From an uncultured delta proteobacterium (lineage in GTDB: Bacteria; Myxococcota_A; Polyangia; Polyangiales; Polyangiaceae): DNA of 64,000 nt. The position numbers and the translations under genes are program-made. Below are positions 37,078-47,379 of this stretch, one piece after another. The stretch's first letter is position 1, and each line of letters starts with the position of its first letter. The stretch is from NCBI GenBank assembly GCA_963806225.1, contig CAWDXG010000004.1:5376001-5440000 (forward strand). Reading direction: 5' to 3'. The notes below the pieces were generated by a model. That model was not told the DNA's origin, did not search any database, and worked only from the letters and a program-made list of their open reading frames with translations.

Positions 37078-38337
37078 TCAGCGGCGTAGCCCCTGCTGGA
37101 TGACGGACCACGGCACGGGCGTCGCGTAGCTCCACTGCACCTCGCCCTCCGTGGCCTCGCGGGACAGCTTCTCGCCGCCCCTGGTCTCGAAGTCGGTGGA
37201 GTGTTCTTTCTCGCCCACGGTGCACTCCCAGTAGACCTCGCCGAGCACGTAGTCGACGCGGGCCTTGGATTTCTCGGTCCTCTTGAATTTCTTGCCGTTG
37301 AAGCCAACCAGCTTGGGCATGCCGGATAGATCGAGGTCCGCGACGCTGATCGACATGGACCACGTCCATTTGCCCTCGTCCTTCTCGAGCCAGCGGTAGC
37401 CGATCTTCTCTCCCCACAGGAGGTACTCCTCCCAGGAGTAGCGCTCGCCGTCCTCCTTCTCGCTGCGGATGAGGTACGCGATCACGATGTACTCGATGCC
37501 GCCGAACACGGCGTGCGTACCGATCGGGATCTCCGGCTTCGAGTAGGCCTGCTGCTCAGCCACGACGCCCTGCCCGGTCAGGTCGTTCATCGCGCCGCAG
37601 TAGCTGCAGCCCACGCGCCAGGCGCGCGCGCCGCTCACGAGGTGGAGCTCGCCGCCGCAGCTCTGGCACTTGATGGCGCTCGTGGCAGCGCGGACGGCAT
37701 GGCCCGGAGCGCCAGGGTCCACGACCAACTCGTGCTCGAAGAAGATCCGCCCGGTGAAAATGTCGACCTCGTCCGCGTCGCTGTTGTCGCCGTAGTCGAT
37801 GGTCGCATACGTGCTGTTCGGGCCGCGGAGGTCCGTGTAGTAGAAGACCTCGCCGGGCTTCACGGGGAAGGGGAGCTCGCCCTTGGCGGTGACCACGCTG
37901 CCCGAGCGCGATTCGGCGACGCGGAAGACGCCGTGGCCGTCGAGCTGCACGTCCTGTTCGAGCTGGAGCGACCCGTACGGCGGAGGCTCGAACCACGGCT
38001 GGAGCGAGCTCGCGTACCAGATGCCGTCGTCATAGGCGAGCCAGCCCCACGCCTGCCCGCCGTAGCTCAGGTAGTACTCCTCCCAGACTCCCTGGCCGTA
38101 GTCGAGCTGGAGCTGCCCCATCACCATGAACGGGTAGCCGGCGAGCGTGCCGGTGTCGCCCACGGCTATCAGTGACGGAACCTTGGCGAGCTCGGCGACC
38201 TTGCCCAGGTTCTCGAGGCCCTTGTCGCTGCGCACGATCGTGGTGCGGCAGTAGTCGCACACCTTGGCGAGCGACGAGCCGACGCCGAATTCCACGGGCG
38301 CTCCACAGCCCGGACAACTCCCCTGTGCCACCGCCAT
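37078..38337 (-). CDS. DUF4178-domain protein with two zinc ribbons
   Basis: CPGCGA...CDYC and CQSCGG...CSYCG; two W.EY.L-containing repeats. Confidence 0.8.
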   Translation of the reverse strand: MAVAQGSCPGCGAPVEFGVGSSLAKVCDYCRTTIVRSDKGLENLGKVAELAKVPSLIAVGDTGTLAGYPFMVMGQLQLDYGQGVWEEYYLSYGGQAWGWLAYDDGIWYASSLQPWFEPPPYGSLQLEQDVQLDGHGVFRVAESRSGSVVTAKGELPFPVKPGEVFYYTDLRGPNSTYATIDYGDNSDADEVDIFTGRIFFEHELVVDPGAPGHAVRAATSAIKCQSCGGELHLVSGARAWRVGCSYCGAMNDLTGQGVVAEQQAYSKPEIPIGTHAVFGGIEYIVIAYLIRSEKEDGERYSWEEYLLWGEKIGYRWLEKDEGKWTWSMSISVADLDLSGMPKLVGFNGKKFKRTEKSKARVDYVLGEVYWECTVGEKEHSTDFETRGGEKLSREATEGEVQWSYATPVPWSVIQQGLRR

Positions 38338-38441
38338 GGCTTGCTTCTAGCGGATCCTCGCTCTTTTGTGCACCCATTGCGCGACGTGCAGGATGTGCCG
38401 GCGTGCGGCGTGAAGGCGGTCCGCTACACTGGCCATGCTGC

Positions 38442-39386
38442 ATGCCCCCCCGAGGACGCCGCCATCTACGTCTGTTCGCTGTTCTGATCGCGCTTGCGCT
38501 CGTTGCCGGCATCGCTCACCTGGTCGGGCACGGCTTGATCGCTTCGGCTATCGCCTACGCGCCGAACCAGTACGGCGCGGCCGACGAAGAGGAGGCGTTG
38601 ACGAGCTCCGAGCGCGCTCTGCTCGGCCGGCACGCCACGATCGCCGTGCGGGTCGGGCCGCCGGTCGCCACGCTCTCCGCCTGGCTCATCGAGCCCGCGA
38701 CAGCGCCGCGGGGGACCATCCTGCTCCTGCACGGCATCCGCGCGGACAAGCGCATGATGCTCAGCCCCGGGCGGGCCTTCGCGGACGCCGGATACCGCGC
38801 CGTGCTGGTCGATCTGCGCGGACACGGGCGTTCGGGCGGCGAATACCTGACCTACGGCGTCGTGGAGTCGCACGACGTGTCGCAGGTGCTCGACGCCGTG
38901 GCGCGCCGCGGCCCGCTCGGCCCCGTCGGAGTCTACGGCTACTCCTACGGCGCGGCCGTCGCCATCCAGCTCGGCGCGCGCGATCCGCGCATCCGTGCGG
39001 TGGTGGCGATAGCGGCGTTCAGCACGCTGCGTGGCGTCGTCCGCGACTACGAGAAGCGGCTGCTGCCGGGCGTGTCGGACGTGCTGCCCGACTCCTACCT
39101 GCAGGGCGCGGTCGACGAAGCCGGACAGATGGCGAGCTTCGATCCGGATCTGGCGAACCCGCTGTCGGCTGTGCGGCGCCTGGAAGCGCCGCTGCTTCTG
39201 ATCCACGGCACGGCCGACCGGCGCGTCCCGTTCCGCCATGCGCTCGCGCTGGTGCATGCCGCGGGGAGCCGGACGCGCTTCATCCCCGTCGCCGGCGCGA
39301 CCCACGGCTCCGTCCTGGCCGACCCGCACGGGCGGCTGCGCCGGGCGGAGCTTTCGTGGTTCCGCCGTTGGCTCCGGCCAAGATAG
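38442..39386 (+). CDS. Alpha/beta hydrolase with N-terminal membrane anchor
   Basis: LLHG, DLRGHGRS, GYSYG nucleophile, IHG..D, H. Confidence 0.85.
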   Translation: MPPRGRRHLRLFAVLIALALVAGIAHLVGHGLIASAIAYAPNQYGAADEEEALTSSERALLGRHATIAVRVGPPVATLSAWLIEPATAPRGTILLLHGIRADKRMMLSPGRAFADAGYRAVLVDLRGHGRSGGEYLTYGVVESHDVSQVLDAVARRGPLGPVGVYGYSYGAAVAIQLGARDPRIRAVVAIAAFSTLRGVVRDYEKRLLPGVSDVLPDSYLQGAVDEAGQMASFDPDLANPLSAVRRLEAPLLLIHGTADRRVPFRHALALVHAAGSRTRFIPVAGATHGSVLADPHGRLRRAELSWFRRWLRPR

Positions 39387-39395
39387 CGCAGGGGT

Positions 39396-40481
39396 TCAGG
39401 CCGTGGGCTGCTCCGCGTTCTGCATGAAGTCCATGAGCATCTTGACGAGCTCCGCAGGCGGAGTGACCTCGGGCTCCTCCACCGAGTCCTTGTCGTGCTC
39501 GAAGCGGAGCAGGTCGAGCTTTCTGAACTCATCGCGCACGCGCGGCGTGAGCAGACCCAGGCGCCTCAGGTTCGGCACGATCTTCGAGAACATCATCTGG
39601 CGGAAGCCCTTCTGGAACGGCGTGTCGCGCATCCAGGGCACCCACACGCTCTTGTCCCAGCCGAGCCGGTCGAACACCTGCTCCATCAGCAGCCGATCCC
39701 GCAGGAGGTAGGTGGCTTCGATGACGAAGTCTTCGCGCTCGGCGAGCTCGCGCGCGCTCATCTCCTCGCTGTAGACCTTCGACAGGCTCAACACGCCGAA
39801 CGCCACGTGGCGCGACTCGTCCGCCATGATGCGTGAAGTGATGTCCTGGATGAGCGGCTCGTTCTGCATCACCAGGCGCATCATGCCGAAAGCGGCGAGC
39901 GCCAGCCCCTCGACCATGATCTGCATCCCGAGATAGGTGATGTCCCAGCGCGAGTCGCTGACGATCTGGTCGAGCAGCGTGGCGAGGCTCGGGTGCACCT
40001 CGTAGCTCATACCGAGTTTCTCGGTGAGGTAGCGGTGGTAGACCTCGACGTGGCGCGCTTCGTCGGCGACCTGGTTGGCGGCGTAGAATTTCGCCTCTGC
40101 CCAGGGCACGGTCTGCACGATCTTCGCCGTCGCGATCAGCGCGCTCTGCTCGCCGTGCAGGAACTGCGAGAGCATGAAGGCGTTCATGTTCAAGCGCATT
40201 GCGACGGCCTCTTCGCGCGACAGCGTCTTCGGCGGAGCCATCAGCTGGTTCATGAACACGTCGACGTTGCCCTCGCGCGTGATCTTCTCGACATCCACGT
40301 CCGTGGACCAGTCCAGCTCGCTGGCATTCCAGCCGAGCTTCTTGCCCTTCTCGTACAGCGAGAGCAGCTTCTGATCCTCCAGCTTGTACTGCCAGTCGAA
40401 GACGGTTTCGAGCGTCGACTTCACGCTCCGGTAGGCGCCGCCTTGCGGAACGGGGAGGGGATTCTTCTGCTCGTAGTCCAT
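39396..40481 (-). CDS. Ferritin-like diiron protein (AurF-like N-oxygenase family)
   Basis: FLHGEQ, DEARH, EGLA, DESRH diiron ligands. Confidence 0.85.
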   Translation of the reverse strand: MDYEQKNPLPVPQGGAYRSVKSTLETVFDWQYKLEDQKLLSLYEKGKKLGWNASELDWSTDVDVEKITREGNVDVFMNQLMAPPKTLSREEAVAMRLNMNAFMLSQFLHGEQSALIATAKIVQTVPWAEAKFYAANQVADEARHVEVYHRYLTEKLGMSYEVHPSLATLLDQIVSDSRWDITYLGMQIMVEGLALAAFGMMRLVMQNEPLIQDITSRIMADESRHVAFGVLSLSKVYSEEMSARELAEREDFVIEATYLLRDRLLMEQVFDRLGWDKSVWVPWMRDTPFQKGFRQMMFSKIVPNLRRLGLLTPRVRDEFRKLDLLRFEHDKDSVEEPEVTPPAELVKMLMDFMQNAEQPTA

Positions 40482-40675
40482 GACAGCGGGATCCTGGACC
40501 TTTCTGGCGTCGCAGCAAAGCCCCCGGGCGGGGTAGGGAGATGTGCGTGCAACTGCTCGGCGGGACGCCCGAGCCCTGGTCGGATCCGGTACATCGGCGT
40601 ACCATCGTGACTCCCATGGTCTGGCGGACCGAGCCCCGCGCTTCGCATACGGACCGCGGACAGCGCACGATCCGC

Positions 40676-43600
40676 ATGCTGGTATGGATCGTGTTGCTTA
40701 TCGCGGTGTCGAGCTGTGCGGACTTCTCCAGCCAGCGCCGTGGCGAGTCGTACGACACGCTGGGCAACGCGATCTACCAGGCGCTCTGCGACCGCGTGGG
40801 CGCGCAGTCGCTCGGTGAGGATCTGTCGGGAGGGTCGTACCATCGCGTGTGCCACCCCGACGCGCAGGGCCACTATGCGGACAAGGTCGACCGCACCCAG
40901 CTGCCGGGCGCGCCGGCGGGGTTTGCCGCGCTGACGCGCGAGCTCGCCATCGGCAAGGTAGAGGCGCTTGCCCGCCGTCGCGCGGAGCTTGTCCAGGCGC
41001 TGGACGCCACCTTTGCCGATGTGCCGGTTGGGAAGAGCACGCTGCACGCGGCCCTGTCGGACTTCATGGCCGACAACAAGAAGCTCTACGACGAGGGCAC
41101 GGTCCCCGACGTGACCCGGGCGCTGGGACGCTTCAGTGGCCTCACCCACGATTCCTCCGCCGCGGCCCTGGCGTTGGCGCGCCTCGCGGCGCGCAAGGGC
41201 TACCGCCCCTACGGGACCGAGCTCGGTCCGCTGGGCGCCGTGTTGTCGTACCCGAAGCTCACGGAGCTGACGCGCGCGGGGCTGGCGCCCATAGCGCCGT
41301 ACTCCGACCCGGCCGACGAGAGCTCCGCGGCGGGTCCGGCGTACGACAGGCTGACGGCGCTGATGGACGCCGCCGCGGCGGAGATGCGCACGGCCGACGC
41401 GACGCCTCCCGACGGCGCCGTGCGCGAGATCGCGCCGGGTGTGATCAGCCGGCCGCGCTCGACGGCGGAGCTGCTCTACGCATTGAGCTCGCACAGCGAC
41501 CCTTCGCTGGAGAAGGCCGCCGCGCCCATCTGGCTCGTGCGCCGCGACGAGCGCGGCCTGGCTCTGCTCGCCGCTCCGATCCTCGACGAAAACCACGACG
41601 GCCTCGAGGACGTCGACGCGCTCGGTTTCCCCGTCGACAGCTCGGGGGCGCGCCGCCAGCTCCCGTCGCCATTCGTCGCGCTGTCGGTTGTCGACGGCCC
41701 GCGTGACGCCGAGGGCCGAGCGCTCGATGGCAGCGGCAAGCAGCTGTGGCAGACGTTCGACGGCTCGCAGACTCTGGGCGCGGCGCTGGTCCGCGACCTG
41801 TCTGCGCTGGCGGCGCCCCGGAAGGGCGAGCCGTCGGATCTGACGGCGATGCTGCTCGGCGCGATGCCGCTTCTCGGCAAACAGGGACCCGCCCACAAGG
41901 CGTACACCGCGGTCAACGGAAAGCCCGCCGTGACGCTCGACTACACCGGCTACCAGCCCGACACCTCGCCGCTGCTCGCGCTGGGCCACGCTGCCGCGAT
42001 GCTGCTGGGCGATCCGCGCTCGAGCGATCTGCTCGAGTTGAGCGCGAAGCTGATGCAGGACCACCCGCACGAGGTGGCGCGGGTGGTCGGCGCGATGCTG
42101 GAGATCAACGATCTTGCCAAGCAGTACCCCGACGCCAAACTGCCCGCCGATTCCATGTTCTGGGACGACGTGCTCGACGTGCTCGAGGATATCGCGCGCG
42201 TGCCGGGGCTGCTCGACGACGTGCTCCGGAGCGCCATGGATCCGGACACGCTGCTCGGGCAGAAGGCGTTCCCCGCGTTCATGACCTTCAGTGACAGGAT
42301 GACCTACAACCCGCCGGATCTGAACGGTGCGGGACTCAACCTGACGCTTGGTGGCACGAAGGATCCGGCAACTCCGGTCGACCGCACGAAGCCCATCACG
42401 GGCGACAACAGGAGCCTGTGGTTCCGCCAGATCGAGATGCTCGACGATATGCGCGGCGTCGCGATGTGCAACAAGGAAAACGCCATCGTCCACGGCAAGG
42501 ATCTGCCGGGGATCGGCGACCATGACTACCCCGACGGACAGATCGTGTTCGGTCCAATCCACGCCTGCCAGGTCTTCCGCGTGGACAACGTCGCGTCGCT
42601 ATTCCTCGATTCCATCGGTGGGCTGGCGCACATCCCGGTTCGCGATCCCGCGATCGCCGCTGGCACGACCGACCACGTGCAGGAAGTGTCGAGCGGCATC
42701 ACGGGGATGACGCTGCACCCCACGCCGCAGGCGCTTTCCAGGTTCACCAGCTTCGATTTCCTGGACGACACGGATCCCTCGAACGCGCTCACGCGCAACT
42801 ACATGAAGGATCTGATCGATCCGCCGCCGACCTCGGGCTGCTCGGTGACCCCCGTGACCGACCCCTACGACGGCTCGCAGGTGCCGCTGCGCACGTGCAA
42901 GGACCCCTCGCAGCGTTTCTGGAACCGCTACGGCCAGGACACGGCCCTGTCGCTGGAGCGCTTCGGCTTCCTCGAGGCGTCGCGGCCGCTGGCCCACGCG
43001 TTTGCCGTGCACGGCCGTTCGGATTTGCTGGCGAGGCTGTTCGACGTGCTGTTCCAGCACTGGGGTGATGGGAGCCAGAGCGCGGCCGAATGCGATCCGG
43101 CGGCCAAGCCCGGCGAGCATCGCTACTGTACCGGCGACGGGCTGGTGCGCTACGAGCCGCTGATCGCCAAGGCGCTGGCCGGCGATCTGCTGCCGGCACT
43201 GCACGATCTCACGCTCGCAACGGCCGGCGTCACGGTCGACTCGCACGTCGACGGTGCGCCGGTCGACGGCATCCGCGTATTGGCCGAAGCACTGCGCGGC
43301 GCGATCGATCCCGATCTCGCCAAGGCGCGTGGCGTCACCGACCTCGCCGGCAATGCGACGGCGAAGCGCAACGACGGGACGGTGGAGGCGCAGGTGACGC
43401 CGCTCCGGCTCTTGATCGATGCCATCAAGAGCATCGACACGCGCTTCGACGACTACCAGAAGGCGCACCCGGGCGAGCCCGACCGCCACGCACTGTGGAA
43501 GCGGGCGCGCTCCGCGCTGGTGGATCGCTTCCTCGCGGTCGACGCCAGCGGCGCTTCGTCGTCTTTCAAGAACCCGGCCACACCCATCACAGGCGCGGTC

Positions 43601-44260
43601 TTTTCAAGCCTCGTCCGCGAGCAGATCGACGCGCACTGTCCCGGTCGCCTGCAGACGCCACCCGTGAGCGCGTGCAAGTGGACCGACCAGGAGCTGACCG
43701 AGAACCTGCGCGACGCGCTGGGCGGGCCGCTTTCGGCCGGAGCAGCGGGCGTGGGCGACGCGATCCTGTCCGACGATGCCGCCCGCGCGCAGATCGAGGC
43801 GTTCGTCGCCTACCTCGTCGATCCCCAAGGCGCCGGTTTCCGTCCGCTGGTGGCGTCCGTGGTGGACGGGCCCGCCGGCGTCAACGACGGATCGGCACTG
43901 GCGCCGCTGCTCCAGGCGGCGGCGCCTCTGCTCGAACGCTCGCCGGATCAGAGCACGGCGTATGCCGCGATTCTCAGGTTGCTCGCGCGCGTGGCGGGCG
44001 ATGACGTTGATCCGGATCGTGTGATGCAGGTGGTGCTCAGGCAACTGGTCACGCCGATGGGGAAGGGCAAGCCCGCGCCGCTCGACGTGTTTGTCGATGT
44101 GCTGGGCGACGTGGAGCGCTACGACTCGCGGCTCGAGCCGGGCGCACCGCTCGACCGCCACGACGTGACCGTGGCGTCGGACAGCGTGAAGCGGCTGATG
44201 CTCGATCCCGCCCGCGGTCTGGAACAGTTCTACGAGGTGATCCGTGACTCGGACCGCTAG
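40676..44260 (+). CDS. Large (~1190 aa) hypothetical lipoprotein
   Basis: Lipobox VSSC; long ORF; DENHDGLEDVD Ca-binding-like motif; paired Cys. Confidence 0.8.
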   Translation: MLVWIVLLIAVSSCADFSSQRRGESYDTLGNAIYQALCDRVGAQSLGEDLSGGSYHRVCHPDAQGHYADKVDRTQLPGAPAGFAALTRELAIGKVEALARRRAELVQALDATFADVPVGKSTLHAALSDFMADNKKLYDEGTVPDVTRALGRFSGLTHDSSAAALALARLAARKGYRPYGTELGPLGAVLSYPKLTELTRAGLAPIAPYSDPADESSAAGPAYDRLTALMDAAAAEMRTADATPPDGAVREIAPGVISRPRSTAELLYALSSHSDPSLEKAAAPIWLVRRDERGLALLAAPILDENHDGLEDVDALGFPVDSSGARRQLPSPFVALSVVDGPRDAEGRALDGSGKQLWQTFDGSQTLGAALVRDLSALAAPRKGEPSDLTAMLLGAMPLLGKQGPAHKAYTAVNGKPAVTLDYTGYQPDTSPLLALGHAAAMLLGDPRSSDLLELSAKLMQDHPHEVARVVGAMLEINDLAKQYPDAKLPADSMFWDDVLDVLEDIARVPGLLDDVLRSAMDPDTLLGQKAFPAFMTFSDRMTYNPPDLNGAGLNLTLGGTKDPATPVDRTKPITGDNRSLWFRQIEMLDDMRGVAMCNKENAIVHGKDLPGIGDHDYPDGQIVFGPIHACQVFRVDNVASLFLDSIGGLAHIPVRDPAIAAGTTDHVQEVSSGITGMTLHPTPQALSRFTSFDFLDDTDPSNALTRNYMKDLIDPPPTSGCSVTPVTDPYDGSQVPLRTCKDPSQRFWNRYGQDTALSLERFGFLEASRPLAHAFAVHGRSDLLARLFDVLFQHWGDGSQSAAECDPAAKPGEHRYCTGDGLVRYEPLIAKALAGDLLPALHDLTLATAGVTVDSHVDGAPVDGIRVLAEALRGAIDPDLAKARGVTDLAGNATAKRNDGTVEAQVTPLRLLIDAIKSIDTRFDDYQKAHPGEPDRHALWKRARSALVDRFLAVDASGASSSFKNPATPITGAVFSSLVREQIDAHCPGRLQTPPVSACKWTDQELTENLRDALGGPLSAGAAGVGDAILSDDAARAQIEAFVAYLVDPQGAGFRPLVASVVDGPAGVNDGSALAPLLQAAAPLLERSPDQSTAYAAILRLLARVAGDDVDPDRVMQVVLRQLVTPMGKGKPAPLDVFVDVLGDVERYDSRLEPGAPLDRHDVTVASDSVKRLMLDPARGLEQFYEVIRDSDR

Positions 44261-44264
44261 CGCA

Positions 44265-45383
44265 ATGGCCCTGATGGCGCTGGGAGCGCTGGTGCTGGGC
44301 TGCTCGAGCACGGACAAGCCCGGCTTCAGCGCGCGGGGCTATGCGGATGCCGCGGCCGGCGCCCTGCCGCCGGAAGCCGGTGCCCCCGACGGCGGAGGCG
44401 ATGCGACTGCGTCCGACGCCAGCGACGCCGGAGCGGATGCGCAGTCCGAAGGCGGGGTGCCGGCCTGCACGATCAACATTCCCAAGGACCAGAAGACCCT
44501 CACCGACGCGATCGCGGTCGCAGCGGACGGCGACGTCATCTGCGTGGCCGACGGCACGTACGACGATACTGTCACGGTCAGCAGCAAGAACCGCTCGCTC
44601 ACCCTACGTGCGAGCGGCAAGAACGCCATCTGGAACGGTGAGCTCCTTGTCGACGGCGCGCCCGGGACAGGGCACACGCTGGTCGTCGAGGGCTTCCAGT
44701 TCGGATGCGCGCCTTCGAACGTCTCGCTCAGCGGGTCCACGGGGCGCGTGGTCGTGCGGAACAACCATTTCGACAACGGCTGCGGCTACGCGCTGGATCT
44801 CGAGAACAGCGGCGCGGGTTCCGTGACCGTCGTCTTCGAGCGGAACGAACTCACGGACACGAGCCTGTCGGCGAGCCTGGCAGCTCCAGCCGCGGGCGCG
44901 GGCGCTCTGGTGGTGCTGAAGAACAACCTCGTGACGGGCGGTGCGGGATTCGGTCTGCTCGGCGACGGCGCCTGGGCGCGCTACGTGGTGCTCGGCAATA
45001 CGTTCGATGTCGACCCGGGCTACACGCTTGTGCAACTCGACCTGGGCGTGGACGAGGGCGCGGGCTCCAGCGTACGGAACAACATCCTGGCCGGGGGCGA
45101 CACGGCGATCAGCTGCCTATCCTGCAAGAAGCTCGCCGTATCCAGGAACATGCTGTTCTCGGGCGACGCGACCTACGGCGACATCCAGCTCGGCGAGGGG
45201 AACCTCGAGGCGGACCCGCTGTTCCGGGCCGCTGACGATTTCCGGCTCCAGCTCTGGTCGCCCGCACTGTACGCCGGGCGCCGGACGGCCGGTGCGCCCG
45301 CCGACGAGGATCTGGCGAGCGACATCGAGGGCCGGCCGCGTCCCGCGGTCGATATCGACATGGGCGCGTACCAGCACGAATGA
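44265..45383 (+). CDS. Lipoprotein with right-handed parallel beta-helix (pectin lyase fold)
   Basis: Lipobox VLGC; T...AI..A.DGD.I.VA.GTY; repeated VRNN/KNN; ADPLF..ADDFRL...SPA; D..G..R....DMGAY. Confidence 0.75.
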   Translation: MALMALGALVLGCSSTDKPGFSARGYADAAAGALPPEAGAPDGGGDATASDASDAGADAQSEGGVPACTINIPKDQKTLTDAIAVAADGDVICVADGTYDDTVTVSSKNRSLTLRASGKNAIWNGELLVDGAPGTGHTLVVEGFQFGCAPSNVSLSGSTGRVVVRNNHFDNGCGYALDLENSGAGSVTVVFERNELTDTSLSASLAAPAAGAGALVVLKNNLVTGGAGFGLLGDGAWARYVVLGNTFDVDPGYTLVQLDLGVDEGAGSSVRNNILAGGDTAISCLSCKKLAVSRNMLFSGDATYGDIQLGEGNLEADPLFRAADDFRLQLWSPALYAGRRTAGAPADEDLASDIEGRPRPAVDIDMGAYQHE

Positions 45384-45538
45384 CCGCGCGCTGCGTCACG
45401 CGGCGGCGTTGACGCTTGGGTACGCCTCTGTTTTCATATGCGCTACGCGACAGCACCCGGGCGATGGCCGCTCCGGGGCGGCTGCGAGAGTTCCGTTGCG
45501 GTTCGGTGCCGCACGGTGGGTAGCGAGAGGAACCGGCA

Positions 45539-46705
45539 ATGACTCGTCGACTTGGCTTGCGTCTGGGACAGATGGCTTTCGTGGGTTCTGCGTGTCTGGC
45601 GTTGCTCGTCGCCTGCGGCAGCAGCAATAGTGGCGGCGGCGCCACCAGCACCGGGGGAAGCGGAGGCACGGATGCCGGCGGCGGCTCGGGCGGCAGCGGC
45701 ACCGGCGGCACGGCGACCGGCGGCACGGGCGGTACGGCGACCGGCGGCACGGGCGGTACGGCGACCGGCGGCACGGGCGGTACGGCGACCGGCGGCACGG
45801 GCGGTACGGCGACCGGCGGCACGGGCGGTACGGCGACCGGCGGCACGGGCGGTACGGCGACCGGCGGCACGGGCGGTACGGCGACCGGCGGCACGGGCGG
45901 CACCGGCGGTTCCGGCGCTTGCGACCTCTCCGGAACCTGGGGCACCTACATCACGTCACCCGTGACCTGGAAGGGCACGTACGCGCTAGCCGCCGGCAAC
46001 GGCAATCTGCGCGAGTGGCTGCTCAGCACGCGTACGCAGAACGGCAACAAGACGGTGGACAAGGCGGTCCCGTGTGCCATCCAGCTCCCGGATTTCCAGG
46101 GCTCGAAGGTGCTCGCCGGCGGCGAGAAGTACGGGCTGCGCTTCCCGACCGCAAGCTTCGACAAGGGCAAGGTCCCGGCGACGACACTGAACGGCACGCT
46201 GAGCGGCACGACGGTGGGTTCCACGTTCAGCACGCCCAACACGGCGCTCCTGCTCGGGCTCAGCATGAACAATGCCGCGACGGCGACCTGGCCGGCGGCC
46301 GGCAGCATCACGCCCCGAGACGACGACGCTGACAGCAATCCCGCGTTCACGGCCAACGCGGCGGCTGCAGCGGGCTACTCGAACTTCCCGTTGAATCTTT
46401 TCAAGAGTGCCCGGGCCGATCGGCTGTACATCGCCACCCGCACGGTCGCCGCGTTGAGCGGCAAGCTGACGAACTGCACACAGATCGACGGCAGCGTGAA
46501 GTTTGCCGTGATCGGCGGCACGCCCGCGATCAACTCGCACATCGTCGGCTGCCGCAAGGTCGGAGGCGGTAGCTGCAACGGAACCGAATCGAAGTTCGTG
46601 GACGGCAACTCGCCTGCCATGACGCCCGGCACCGGCGCGGTCATGAAATCGGTCAAGCTCGCAGCCAATGCGACCTGCGCCGACGTGCGCAAGGCGCTTC
46701 CGTAG
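45539..46705 (+). CDS. Lipoprotein with Gly/Thr tandem-repeat stalk and beta-rich C-terminal domain
   Basis: Lipobox LVAC; CDLSGTW domain; paired Cys. Confidence 0.8.
   Translation: MTRRLGLRLGQMAFVGSACLALLVACGSSNSGGGATSTGGSGGTDAGGGSGGSGTGGTATGGTGGTATGGTGGTATGGTGGTATGGTGGTATGGTGGTATGGTGGTATGGTGGTATGGTGGTGGSGACDLSGTWGTYITSPVTWKGTYALAAGNGNLREWLLSTRTQNGNKTVDKAVPCAIQLPDFQGSKVLAGGEKYGLRFPTASFDKGKVPATTLNGTLSGTTVGSTFSTPNTALLLGLSMNNAATATWPAAGSITPRDDDADSNPAFTANAAAAAGYSNFPLNLFKSARADRLYIATRTVAALSGKLTNCTQIDGSVKFAVIGGTPAINSHIVGCRKVGGGSCNGTESKFVDGNSPAMTPGTGAVMKSVKLAANATCADVRKALP
45710..45901 (+). repeat. 24-bp coding VNTR (TATGGTGG x8)
   Basis: Eight near-perfect copies of acggcgaccggcggcacgggcggt. Confidence 0.9.
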
Positions 46706-46707
46706 CA

Positions 46708-47292
46708 CTAGCTCTGGAGCGCTCGGGCGAGGTCATCGACCATGCGCAGCGTCAGACCCCAGAGGCGTCCTTCGCCGAGCGGATGGCACTCGAAGCGCAG
46801 GCGGACGCCGAGATAGCGCCGCGTGAAGTGTTCGCGCGCCCCGGGATCCAGCAGCGGCCCGAGCGGGACCCAGCGCGCGGCTGCTATTTCGCTGTTCGGC
46901 TCGAGCCTTGCTGGTCGCTTGAGCGCGAACACGAACGGGCTGACGGCCATGGGCAGCAGCACGCGGGGGCTCACGGCCCACAGGTCCGGCAGGCGTCCGA
47001 GCTGCGACGCGTCGGCCTGCAGATCGAGTCCGAGCTCCTCGCGCGTCTCGCGGATGGCCGTGACAGTACGATCACGGTCGCTCGGTTGTGCCAGCCCGCC
47101 CGGAAAGGCGAGATCGCCCGACCACGGGTCGCTGCGGCGGCGGGCGCGTTCCACCAGCAGCAGATCGAGCCCCGACGCGCCTTCCCGGAGCACCGCCGCC
47201 ACGGCTGCACCGGGAAGCCACGTCGGCAACAGGCGCGGATGATGCGCGGCAAGCGCCGCACCCACTGTGGACAGCGTTTGTGCCGCGGGCAT
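46708..47292 (-). CDS. Nudix hydrolase, CoA pyrophosphatase-like
   Basis: DPWSGDLAFPGG...D.....TAIRETREELG; LWGLT. Confidence 0.9.
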   Translation of the reverse strand: MPAAQTLSTVGAALAAHHPRLLPTWLPGAAVAAVLREGASGLDLLLVERARRRSDPWSGDLAFPGGLAQPSDRDRTVTAIRETREELGLDLQADASQLGRLPDLWAVSPRVLLPMAVSPFVFALKRPARLEPNSEIAAARWVPLGPLLDPGAREHFTRRYLGVRLRFECHPLGEGRLWGLTLRMVDDLARALQS

Positions 47293-47379
47293 CTTCCCCG
47301 GAACAGAAGCGTAGCATCAGCTTACCTACGACGCACCGCGTGAAGGTGGCGGCATGCCGTTTGCAACTCGATCCGACGT

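Noticed and set aside
45710..45901. CRISPR array (also considered for 14041-14185 and 15211-15326)
   Set aside because: Units are contiguous with no unique spacers, are multiples of 3 and encode Gly/Thr linkers; no cas genes are present.
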